DNA of 64,000 bases from an uncultured Chloroflexia bacterium (lineage in GTDB: Bacteria; Chloroflexota; Limnocylindria; Limnocylindrales; CSP1-4). Under the pieces are notes generated by a model that ran no database searches, was not told the origin of the DNA, and worked only from the letters and a program-made list of their open reading frames with translations. Position numbers and translations under genes: made by a program. This document shows positions 41,556 to 50,278 of this stretch, one piece after another. The stretch is from assembly GCA_963766655.1 (NCBI GenBank), contig CAVYBB010000001.1, positions 44,306 through 108,305 on the forward strand. The letters are read 5' to 3'. Positions within the stretch are counted from its first letter, which is position 1, and the number at the start of each line of letters is the position of its first letter.

Positions 41556-41757
41556 GCGGACGATCGGCCTCCGCGACGTGCTGGTGCTGGCCGGAATGAG
41601 TGTGGTCGTCGTCCTCGGTGCAGCGTTCGCAACGAGCCTGCTCCCGGCGGATGCCCAGGCCATCGTCTTTCGGACCCCGCTGCTGATCGTGGTCCTCATC
41701 GTCGGGACCGCCGCCGCGCTCTGGCGCATCGCCAGGCCGCGGCCGCCGGGCGGGTGA
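41548..41757 (+). CDS. small two-TM membrane protein
   Basis: A GTG start overlaps the nnrE stop, and its own stop overlaps the glpD start. Two hydrophobic helices. Confidence 0.4.
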   Translation: MAERTIGLRDVLVLAGMSVVVVLGAAFATSLLPADAQAIVFRTPLLIVVLIVGTAAALWRIARPRPPGG

Positions 41758-43379
41758 CCGGGGCGCCGGGCGAGCGACGGCGAAGCGATCTGGCGACGCT
41801 CGCCGGCGAGACGTTCGACGTCCTCGTCGTCGGCGGCGGCATCGTCGGCTGCGGGGCGGTGCTCGACGCGACGTCGAGAGGGCTGCGTGCCGCCCTCGTC
41901 GAGCGCGACGACATTGCCGTCGGGACGTCGAGCCGCTCGTCTCGCCTGATCCACGGCGGCCTGCGCTACCTCCAGCAGCTGAGGATCCCGCTGATCCGCG
42001 AGGCACTCGCCGAGCGGGCGCGGCTGCTCCGACTCGCGCCCCATCTCGTCCGCCTGGAGCCGCTCCTCTTCCCGCTGTATGGCGCGCCGGTGGCGACGCG
42101 CGCGTTCTACGAAGCCGGGCTGACGCTCTACGACGTCCTGGGAGCACGGCGCGACGGCGGCTGGCACCGGCACCTGTCGGCCGCGGACACGCTCGGGCTG
42201 AGCCCGGCCCTGCGTCCCGACGGGCTCCGTGGCTCGCTCATGTATCACGACGCGATTGCGGACGACGCCCGCTATGCGCTGACGGTCGCCCGGACGGCGC
42301 AGCGGGCAGGCGCCACGGTCGTGACACGGGCGACGGTCGAGGGGCTCATCGAGGAGGGCGGTCGGGTCGTCGGGGCGCGGGTGCGGGACGCGATCGGTGG
42401 TGAGCTCATCGATCTACGGGCGGCCACGGTCGTGGACGCGACCGGCGTCTGGGCAGCAGACCCCGCTTCGCCGTTGTCCGGCGGCTCGACTCGGATCCTC
42501 CCGAGTCGTGGCGCTCACCTCGTGGTCCCGCGCGATCGGATCCCGAGCGCCGTCGGGCTGACTGCGAGGGTCCCCGGCAGGAACGTCTTCCTCGTCCCTT
42601 GGCCGGGCCACTGGCTGATCGGCACGACCGACGCTCCCTACGACGGGCCGACCGATCGTCCGACGGCCGGCAAGAACGAAGTCGACGAGCTGCTCGCCGC
42701 CGTGAATCAGGCGCTGGACGTCGATCTCACCCGGGACGACGTCGTTGGGACGTATGCCGGGCTGCGGCCGCTGATCGCGCCGTCCGGCGGCTCGACGGTG
42801 ACGGCGTCCCGTGAACATCGCGTCGCGGTCGAACCGAACGGGCTCATCCGGATCGGCGGCGGGAAGTACACCACCTACCGGGTCATGGCTCGCGACGCGA
42901 TCGACGCGGCCGTTCGCGAGGTTGGCTTCGAGCCGAAGGACCGCCCGAGCCGGACCGCCGGACTCAGGCTCGTCGGAGCGCCCGATCGCGAGGAGCTCGC
43001 TCGCCTGGCGGCGCACCTGTCCGAGGCGCACGGCTTCGCCCCGCCGATCGCCACGCGGCTCGTCTCGCGCCACGGAACGCAGGCGACCGAGGTTGCCGCC
43101 CTGGGTGCGGCGGAGGGGCTGCTCAGCACGCTCGCGCCGGGCATCGACCACATCGAGGCGGAGGTTGCCTGGGCCGCCCGCGAGGAGATGGCGCAGTCGC
43201 TCGATGACGTCCTCGCCCGGCGAATGCGGCTCGTCCACGAGCTGCCGGATCGCGGGGCGGCGATCGTTCCTCGCGTCTCCGAGATTCTCGGCCGCGAGCT
43301 GGGATGGGACGACGCGAGGCGGGATCGCGAGAGTGTCGCGTTCCTCGAATCCGCCCGCCGTGAGTACGGGGTCCTCTGA
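41754..43379 (+). CDS. glpD: FAD-dependent glycerol-3-phosphate dehydrogenase
   Basis: DVLVVGGGIVGCG dinucleotide fold, SSRSSRLIHGGLRYL, and a C-terminal GlpD-type domain. Confidence 0.88.
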   Translation: MTGAPGERRRSDLATLAGETFDVLVVGGGIVGCGAVLDATSRGLRAALVERDDIAVGTSSRSSRLIHGGLRYLQQLRIPLIREALAERARLLRLAPHLVRLEPLLFPLYGAPVATRAFYEAGLTLYDVLGARRDGGWHRHLSAADTLGLSPALRPDGLRGSLMYHDAIADDARYALTVARTAQRAGATVVTRATVEGLIEEGGRVVGARVRDAIGGELIDLRAATVVDATGVWAADPASPLSGGSTRILPSRGAHLVVPRDRIPSAVGLTARVPGRNVFLVPWPGHWLIGTTDAPYDGPTDRPTAGKNEVDELLAAVNQALDVDLTRDDVVGTYAGLRPLIAPSGGSTVTASREHRVAVEPNGLIRIGGGKYTTYRVMARDAIDAAVREVGFEPKDRPSRTAGLRLVGAPDREELARLAAHLSEAHGFAPPIATRLVSRHGTQATEVAALGAAEGLLSTLAPGIDHIEAEVAWAAREEMAQSLDDVLARRMRLVHELPDRGAAIVPRVSEILGRELGWDDARRDRESVAFLESARREYGVL

Positions 43380-43564
43380 GATCGCGGCCCCCCTCGATTT
43401 TCCCTCTGTACAAGACCGTTCCAACGCGGGTAGACTCGCCCCGCCAATGCCGCGGAAGCGTCCGCGGCTAAAGAACGTAGCTCACCGACGACTCGGACTC
43501 CTCTCACGGCTGACGCGAGAAAACCCAGAGGGATCGCGCGGCTACCGAGAGGAGTTTTCGTTTC

Positions 43565-43975
43565 GTGTACAACGACAAGAACCTGACCTGCGCCGATTGC
43601 GGCCAGGAGTTCGTGTTCACCGCAAGTGAGCAGGACTTCTACGCACAGCGCGGGTTCACCGAGCCGCGCCGTTGTCCGTCGTGCCGCGCCAGCCGCAAGG
43701 CTGCCCGTGGTGCCGATGGTGGCGGCAGCAGCTACGGCGGCGGCTACAGTGCCGGCGGCGGCTACAGTGCCGGCGGCGGTGGTGGTGGCGGCGGCTACAG
43801 CAGCGGCGGTGGTGGCGGTGCCGGCTACGGCCGTGACCGCGGTCCCCGCGAGATGTTCAGTGCCACATGCTCGTCCTGCGGCCGTGAGGCCCAGGTCCCG
43901 TTCCGCCCGACCAGCGGAAAACCCGTCTACTGCTCGGACTGCTTCCGCAGCCAGCGCGGTGGATCCAGCTACTAA
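43565..43975 (+). CDS. double zinc-ribbon protein with a Gly/Tyr/Ser-rich central region
   Basis: GTG start. N-terminal C-x2-C...C-x2-C (CADCG...CPSCR), then (S)YGGG repeats, then C-terminal CSSCG...CSDCF (a CxxC-x17-CxxC type). Confidence 0.75.
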   Translation: MYNDKNLTCADCGQEFVFTASEQDFYAQRGFTEPRRCPSCRASRKAARGADGGGSSYGGGYSAGGGYSAGGGGGGGGYSSGGGGGAGYGRDRGPREMFSATCSSCGREAQVPFRPTSGKPVYCSDCFRSQRGGSSY

Positions 43976-44025
43976 GCCAGTCCTCTCGGCGCGGGCCATC
44001 GAGTCCGCCGAACCCACGTGATCCC

Positions 44026-44054
44026 GACCCGGGTTGTCAGCCAACCCGGGTCGA
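44026..44054 (+). terminator. 12-bp perfect hairpin downstream of the zinc-ribbon gene
   Basis: CGACCCGGGTTG-TCAGC-CAACCCGGGTCG. There is no clear U tract, so terminator function is uncertain. Confidence 0.35.
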
Positions 44055-44516
44055 TCGATTCCCGGCCTACTCCCTGAGCGCGAGCCTGGCACGCCGACGC
44101 GAACGCCAAAGCCACCGCGGCGCGCGGCCTCGGCGTGCGGCCACCGCGACGTGCGGCCACCGCGGCGCGCGGCCATCTGGCCAGACGTGCGCCCCCAGAA
44201 CGCTAGCCGAGGTCTGGTGTCGAAAGTGCCGACGCTCAGGGTCGTCTGATGCGTGGGCACGGCATCAAACCGGTCCCTGAGACGCCGATTCCAGCCCTCG
44301 TGAGCCACGGATCGCCGCCAACGTTCACACGGGGCACGTTTGGCCAATTGTCGGGGCGCTGCGGCCCCACCAAGGCCGCGTCGAGCACGCACACGGAACC
44401 GGTGCGGGTCGGTTGCGCGGTCCGCGACGCCACGCGTACCATCCCCAGAGATGACCCAAACGCCCATCCGGCCGCTTGGCGCGCTCGGGATGCGGCCCGC
44501 CCGAGGCTTCTGACCC

Positions 44517-45959
44517 ATGGCCGTCGGCTCTTCGAACGACTTCGATCTCGTCGTGCTCGGCGCGGGCACCGGCGGCTACACCGCGGCCTTCCGGGCGGCC
44601 CAGCTCGGACTCAAGGTCGCCCTCGTCGACGAGGGCAAGATCGGTGGCACCTGCCTCCATCGCGGCTGCATCCCGACGAAGGCATTGCTCGAGTCGGCCG
44701 CCTTCGCGGAGCGTGTCCGCCACGCCAAGGACTTCGGCCTGACGCTTCCGGGTGAGGCCGAGATCGACTACGCCCAGATGGCCGCCCGCCGCGACCAGGT
44801 CGTGAAGCGGATGTGGACCGGCCTCAAGACGCTGATCGACAAGAACAAGGTCACCTGGGTCCAGGGCCGCGGTCGCCTCGAGGGCCCGACCACGGTCAGG
44901 GTCGCCCAGGCGGGCGAGGATGGGACGCCCGGCACCGGCGGCGATCGCGTCCTCCAGGCCACCGACGTCATCCTCGCGACCGGCTCTCGGGTGAAGTCGC
45001 TGCCCGGTCTCGTTCCCGACGGCAAGCGGATCGTCACCTCGGACGACGTCCTCCGAGCCGACAGGTTGCCGAAGGACGTCATCGTCGTCGGAGGTGGCGC
45101 CGTCGGGGTCGAATTCGCGTCGATGTACCACGACCTCGGCGTCAAGGTCACGCTCCTGGAGTACCTCCCGGCCATCGTCCCGCTCGAAGACCGCGAGGTG
45201 AGCCAGGCGCTGGAGCGCAGCTTCAGCCGCCGTGGCCTGACCGTGATGACGAACGCCAGGTTCGACTCGACCAAGGTCAGCGTCGAGAAGAACGGCGTCT
45301 GCGTGATGGTCGGTCCGGAGGGCAAGGAGCCGCAGGAGCTCAAGGCGGAGACGATGCTCGTTGCCACCGGCCGGGCGACGAACGTCGAGGAGATCGGGCT
45401 CGAGACGACGAAGGTCGAAGTCGACCGGGGCATCATCAAGGTCGATGGCCGGATGCGGACGAAGGAGCCCCACGTCTACGCGATCGGCGATGTCGTCGGC
45501 GGGCTGATGCTTGCCCACACGGCCGCCCACGAGGGGATCGTGGCAGCCCACGTGATCGCCGGCGAGAAGGACGTCGAGCCGATCGACTACGTGAAGCAGC
45601 CGCGGGCAACGTACTGCCGTCCCGAGATCGCGTCGATCGGGCTGACGCAGCAGCAGTGCGAGGAACAGGGCCTCCCGATCAAGATCGGCAAGGTGCCATT
45701 CCAGGCGATCGCCAAGGCGATCATCGGTGGCGAGTACGAGGGCTTCGCCAAGGTCATCGGCAACAAGGAAACCGACGAAACGCTCGGCATCCACATCATC
45801 GGGCCGCACGCGACCGACCTGATTGCGGAGGCCTCGCTCGCCTTCGAGCTCGAGGCGACGCCGTGGGAGATCGGTGGCGCCACGCATGCCCACCCGACCT
45901 ATTCGGAGGTCATTGGCGAGGCGGCGATGGCCGCCGACGGCCGGTCGATCAACTTCTGA
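44517..45959 (+). CDS. lpd: dihydrolipoyl dehydrogenase (E3)
   Basis: GAGTGGY, the redox disulfide GGTCLHRGCIPTK, and the C-terminal HAHPT motif. Confidence 0.92.
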   Translation: MAVGSSNDFDLVVLGAGTGGYTAAFRAAQLGLKVALVDEGKIGGTCLHRGCIPTKALLESAAFAERVRHAKDFGLTLPGEAEIDYAQMAARRDQVVKRMWTGLKTLIDKNKVTWVQGRGRLEGPTTVRVAQAGEDGTPGTGGDRVLQATDVILATGSRVKSLPGLVPDGKRIVTSDDVLRADRLPKDVIVVGGGAVGVEFASMYHDLGVKVTLLEYLPAIVPLEDREVSQALERSFSRRGLTVMTNARFDSTKVSVEKNGVCVMVGPEGKEPQELKAETMLVATGRATNVEEIGLETTKVEVDRGIIKVDGRMRTKEPHVYAIGDVVGGLMLAHTAAHEGIVAAHVIAGEKDVEPIDYVKQPRATYCRPEIASIGLTQQQCEEQGLPIKIGKVPFQAIAKAIIGGEYEGFAKVIGNKETDETLGIHIIGPHATDLIAEASLAFELEATPWEIGGATHAHPTYSEVIGEAAMAADGRSINF

Positions 45960-45978
45960 GCCGGCAGCGGAGGAGCTG

Positions 45979-47070
45979 ATGGCGGTGACATCCCGCTCGC
46001 GAAAGGCGGTCCACCTCGGTGATGCCGTCGGCCTGTCCGACGACCAGCTCCTGGAGATGTACCGCCTCGTCGCGCTCGCCCGGGCGGTCGACGAGCGGAT
46101 GTGGATCCTCAATCGTGCAGGCCGGATCCCGTTCGTGATCTCCGGCCAGGGCCATGAGGGTGCAGAGGTCGGGATCGCCTGGGCACTCGAGAAGAAGAAG
46201 GACTGGATCGCGCCCTTCTACCGATCGATCGCGACCTGCCTGACGTTCGGGATGAGTGCCCGCGACATCCTCACGGCCCAGTACGCGACCGCCAATGACC
46301 CCTCCTCGGGCGGCCGGCAGATGCCGGGCCACTACGGCAGCCACGAGCACAACATCGTGTCGGTCTCGTCGCCGGTCGCGACCCAGCTCCTCCACGCCGT
46401 CGGGATCGCCCTCGCCGCGAAGATCCGCAGCACCGGCCAGGTCGCGATGACCACGATGGGGGAGGGGAGCAGCAACCAGGGCGACGTCCACGAAGGGCTC
46501 AACTTCGCGGCGATCCACAAGCTGCCGTTCATCTTCGTCGTCGAGAACAACGGCTACGCGATCAGCGTGCCGCTGGCACGGCAGGTCGCCGGGTCGAGCG
46601 TCGCGGATCGGGCGGCGGGCTACGGGATCCCCGGAGTGACCGTCGACGGCTCCGACGTCCTCGCTTGCTACGCGGCGGCGAAGGCGGCGGTCGATCGGGC
46701 CCGGCGGGGCGACGGCCCAACGCTGATCGAGGCCAAGGTCATGCGCCTGACCGCCCATTCATCCGACGACCAGCAGACGAAGTACCGCTCCGCGGAGGAG
46801 CTCGCTGCGGAGAAGGCGCGGGACCCGCTGCCGCTCTTCCGTGCCCAGCTCAAGGACGCGGGGATCCTCACCGCGGAGGACGAGGCGCGGATCGCGGCCG
46901 ACATCACGGCCGCCGTCACGGACGCGACCGAGTACGCGGAGGCGCAGCCGAACCCGGATCCGTCGACCGCCATGAAGTGGGTCTTCGCGGAGGACTGGCC
47001 GGGCGAGACGCCTCCCGCCTGGGGGTTCGGGCCCGGCGGGGCCGGCCCCGAGTCCGGCGGCGGCCACTGA
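45979..47070 (+). CDS. 2-oxoacid dehydrogenase E1 alpha subunit (TPP-dependent; BCKDH/PDH type)
   Basis: ATG 45979 behind GGAGG. TPP motif GEGSSNQGDVHEGLNFA...NN. Confidence 0.9.
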   Translation: MAVTSRSRKAVHLGDAVGLSDDQLLEMYRLVALARAVDERMWILNRAGRIPFVISGQGHEGAEVGIAWALEKKKDWIAPFYRSIATCLTFGMSARDILTAQYATANDPSSGGRQMPGHYGSHEHNIVSVSSPVATQLLHAVGIALAAKIRSTGQVAMTTMGEGSSNQGDVHEGLNFAAIHKLPFIFVVENNGYAISVPLARQVAGSSVADRAAGYGIPGVTVDGSDVLACYAAAKAAVDRARRGDGPTLIEAKVMRLTAHSSDDQQTKYRSAEELAAEKARDPLPLFRAQLKDAGILTAEDEARIAADITAAVTDATEYAEAQPNPDPSTAMKWVFAEDWPGETPPAWGFGPGGAGPESGGGH

Positions 47071-48053
47071 TGCCGACGAAGACCTTCATCGAGGCGATCC
47101 GCGAGGGGCTGCGCGAGGAGATGGCCCGCGACGAATCAGTCATCGTCCTCGGCGAGGACGTCGGCATCAAGGGCGGCGTCTTCCTCGCGACCGACGGGCT
47201 GTGGGCGGAGTTCGGCGACGAGCGCGTCATCGACACGCCGCTCACCGAGTCCCAGATCATCGGGACGTCGATCGGGGCGTCGATCAACGGGCTGCGACCG
47301 GTCGCCGAGATCCAGTTCGCCGACTTCATCTTCCCGGCCTTCAACCAGCTCCTCTCGGAAGCCGCCCGGATGCGCTACCGCTCGAACAACGGCTACGGCC
47401 TGCCGATGACGGTCCGGGCACCATACGGCGGCGGCATCCACGGCGCGCTCTACCACAGCCAGTCGGTCGAGGCGTTCTTCACCCACATCCCGGGTCTGAA
47501 GGTCGTCATCCCGTCGACGCCCCACGACGCGAAGGGCCTGCTTCTCTCGTCGATCCGCGACGAGGACCCGGTGCTCTTCTTCGAGCACAAGAAGATGTAC
47601 CGGAGCGTACGCGGCGACGTCCCTGACGGCGAGTACACCGTGCCGCTGGGCCGGGCCGCCGTGACCCACCCCGGCACCCACGTCACCGTGATCGCCTATG
47701 GGCTGATGGCCCACTACGCGCTGGAGGCCGCCGACCGCGTGGCCGACGACGGCATCAGCGTCGAGGTCGTCGACCTCCGGACGCTCCGTCCGCTCGACAA
47801 GGAAACGGTCCTCGACAGCGTTCGCAAGACCGGCAAGTGCCTCGTCGTCTACGAGGACAACCGGTTCGGAGGCTACGGGGCGGAGGTCGCCGCGATCGTC
47901 GCCGAGGAGGCCTTCGACTACCTCGACGGGCCGGTGACCCGCATCGCCGGCCCGGACGTTCCCGGCGTGCCGTACAACCACGTCCTCGAGGACTGGTTCA
48001 TGGTGAACCCGGAAAAGATCGCCGACGGGATCCGGAGACTCGCCGCCTACTGA
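47070..48053 (+). CDS. 2-oxoacid dehydrogenase E1 beta subunit
   Basis: TGATG overlap with E1 alpha. VIVLGEDVG...DTPLTE blocks. Confidence 0.9.
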   Translation: MPTKTFIEAIREGLREEMARDESVIVLGEDVGIKGGVFLATDGLWAEFGDERVIDTPLTESQIIGTSIGASINGLRPVAEIQFADFIFPAFNQLLSEAARMRYRSNNGYGLPMTVRAPYGGGIHGALYHSQSVEAFFTHIPGLKVVIPSTPHDAKGLLLSSIRDEDPVLFFEHKKMYRSVRGDVPDGEYTVPLGRAAVTHPGTHVTVIAYGLMAHYALEAADRVADDGISVEVVDLRTLRPLDKETVLDSVRKTGKCLVVYEDNRFGGYGAEVAAIVAEEAFDYLDGPVTRIAGPDVPGVPYNHVLEDWFMVNPEKIADGIRRLAAY

Positions 48054-48089
48054 CAGAGCCGCCGAACTCAGCGTCACGTACGCCGCGCG

Positions 48090-49265
48090 TCACGCGATCG
48101 ACGCCTCGACTGAGACTGCCAGCGGTCGATCGAGAAAGGCCGCCAGGCGTTCCGCCTCGTCCTTGAGCTCCCGCCGCGCGCCGCCGCGCCACGAGAAGAA
48201 CGGCGTGACGGCGACCGTCCCGGCTCCGCCCTTCGCGGACTCGATCTCCCACGTCCCCGCGACCCGGCCGTCCACGACGACGACCGGCGTGACCCAGCCG
48301 GCCGTTCGATGGACGCGGTCGTGGTGCGGGTCCCCAAGAACCGACTCGACACGGCGCGGCAACTCGTTCGTGAACGGATCGAAGCCGGGCAGGAGGCGAA
48401 GGCCGTGACGCGGCGACACGGCGGCAAGTGTCTCGACATCCTCGCTGCGGACGAGGCCGCGGACGCCATCCACGTCGACCTCCACGACCGGGTCGGCCAT
48501 GATCGTCAGCGCCCGGCTGACCGCCGCCATCCGCCCGCCGCCCCACCATCGTGCGATCATCTCCCGGCTCGCACCGGGAAAGGCCGCCAGGTAGCGCTCG
48601 ATGAGCCCGCCGAGTGCCCGGTCCGCAGCCTCCGGATCGTCGTCGGGCTCGATCGGCCGGCCGAGCCAGGCCGACGGGTCGACGAAGGCGACGTTTCGGC
48701 CCTCGGACGGGCCGAAGACCAGCCGACCGCGCTGCGCGGCCGGCCCGAGGAACGTCCCCCAGCCCGTCAGCATGTGCTCGCGCAGGTGCGGCCTCCGGAC
48801 GCGCTCGACGACCGCCTCCACGACCTCGACGCGGGTCATCGGGCGGTCGGACATGACCGCGCCGATGGCGTCGATCACCTCGGCTATGCCCGCCTCGGAC
48901 ATGTTGAAGTAGCGCAGCCATGCTGGGGTGTGCCAGCGCTCGAGGCTGCGCGCGGCCACGACGAATTCCGCGAGATCATCGGGGCTGAGCAGGTGCAGGG
49001 TCTGCCGAAAGGCCCAGACCTTGACGAGGCTCCGCCGCTCCCAGAGCGCATCCCGCACGTCCGCGGATCGCAGTCCGTCGATCCTGGCCGCGGCCTGAAG
49101 TTCCGCCGAGCTCATCACCTGGGCGTGCAGGCCGATCATCCGGGCCACGACATCGACGAGATGGTCCGCGCTTGTCCGTTCGGCGAGATACTGGCGCTGG
49201 AGTCGCAACGTGAGGACCTGAGGCCAGGTCGTCGACAGGGCAACGGGTGACGCCGGCTTCGGCAC
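48090..49265 (-). CDS. winged-helix DNA-binding protein of the AlkZ/YcaQ-like (interstrand-crosslink glycosylase) family
   Basis: 391-aa intact ORF. Typical N-terminal LRLQRQYL...GLHAQ and C-terminal VDGRVAGTW blocks. Confidence 0.7.
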   Translation of the reverse strand: MPKPASPVALSTTWPQVLTLRLQRQYLAERTSADHLVDVVARMIGLHAQVMSSAELQAAARIDGLRSADVRDALWERRSLVKVWAFRQTLHLLSPDDLAEFVVAARSLERWHTPAWLRYFNMSEAGIAEVIDAIGAVMSDRPMTRVEVVEAVVERVRRPHLREHMLTGWGTFLGPAAQRGRLVFGPSEGRNVAFVDPSAWLGRPIEPDDDPEAADRALGGLIERYLAAFPGASREMIARWWGGGRMAAVSRALTIMADPVVEVDVDGVRGLVRSEDVETLAAVSPRHGLRLLPGFDPFTNELPRRVESVLGDPHHDRVHRTAGWVTPVVVVDGRVAGTWEIESAKGGAGTVAVTPFFSWRGGARRELKDEAERLAAFLDRPLAVSVEASIA

Positions 49266-49313
49266 GGCCCAATGATGCCGCCTCCACCGGACAGGCGCTG
49301 TCAGGAATGAGCC

Positions 49314-50144
49314 TCAGATCTCGACGTCGCCGCGGACGCAGGTCACGGTTCCGCCACCGACCCAGATCGTGCCGTCGGCGTCCTGGCTGACGTGGGCACG
49401 ACCGGCCCGGCCGAGAGCGGTTCCCTGGCTGGCGACATACGGCGCGGTGGCCCGCCCGGTGCGCAGCAGCCAGCCGGCAAGCGACGCGTTCAGGCTCCCC
49501 GTGACCGGATCCTCGACGGTCGCCCCGTTGACCGGGAAGAACGCGCGCACCTCGAACGCGGCCGGTCCGCCGGGCGGATGTGGCCCCACCACCCCGAGAT
49601 CGAGGTCGACGTAGCCTGGCCGGAGGGCGAGGACCTCCTCAGCCGTCGACAGCATGACGGCAACCCAGCCCGGCCCGTTGTCGGCCCATTGAGCGTCGAC
49701 GATCGCCGCCCGGGGGATCCGGAGAACCTCGGCGGCGTGGACGATCGTCGCCTCGTCGACAGGTCCGTCGCGCACGAGTGGCGGGGCCGCGAACGCCAGC
49801 CCGGCGGGGGTACGCCTGATCGGGACCAGGCCCGCCGCACACTCCTGGACGATCACCGTTCGGTCGCGAGCGACGCCGCCCGCCTCGAGCCAGGCATGGC
49901 ACGTCCCGAGCGTGGGGTGCCCGGCGAACGGCAGCTCCAGGACCGGTGTGAAGATGCGGACCCGGTAGTCGGCCTCGTTCGATGTGGGCGGCAGCAGGAA
50001 CGTCGTCTCGGAGAGGTTCGTCCACCGGGCAAAGCGCTGGAGTGCCGCGTCGTCAATCCCGGCAGCATCGTGGACGACCGCGACGGGATTGCCGCGATAC
50101 GGCTCGTCGGTGAAGACGTCAACCTGGCGGAACGGGCGGCGCAT
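49314..50144 (-). CDS. PhzF family isomerase
   Basis: [20 protein letters not shown]...SETTFL...HPTLG. Confidence 0.85.
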   Translation of the reverse strand: MRRPFRQVDVFTDEPYRGNPVAVVHDAAGIDDAALQRFARWTNLSETTFLLPPTSNEADYRVRIFTPVLELPFAGHPTLGTCHAWLEAGGVARDRTVIVQECAAGLVPIRRTPAGLAFAAPPLVRDGPVDEATIVHAAEVLRIPRAAIVDAQWADNGPGWVAVMLSTAEEVLALRPGYVDLDLGVVGPHPPGGPAAFEVRAFFPVNGATVEDPVTGSLNASLAGWLLRTGRATAPYVASQGTALGRAGRAHVSQDADGTIWVGGGTVTCVRGDVEI

Positions 50145-50278
50145 GGACCGAGTCTGCCATGGACGGCGGCGCGACGGCGCATCGCGCGGCGATGCGCGAC
50201 ACTAGGCGCCGAACAACGCGATCGCGGGCCCGATCCGCAAGGCGACCCGGAGGACATGACCAGTGGCCAAGAGTGACG

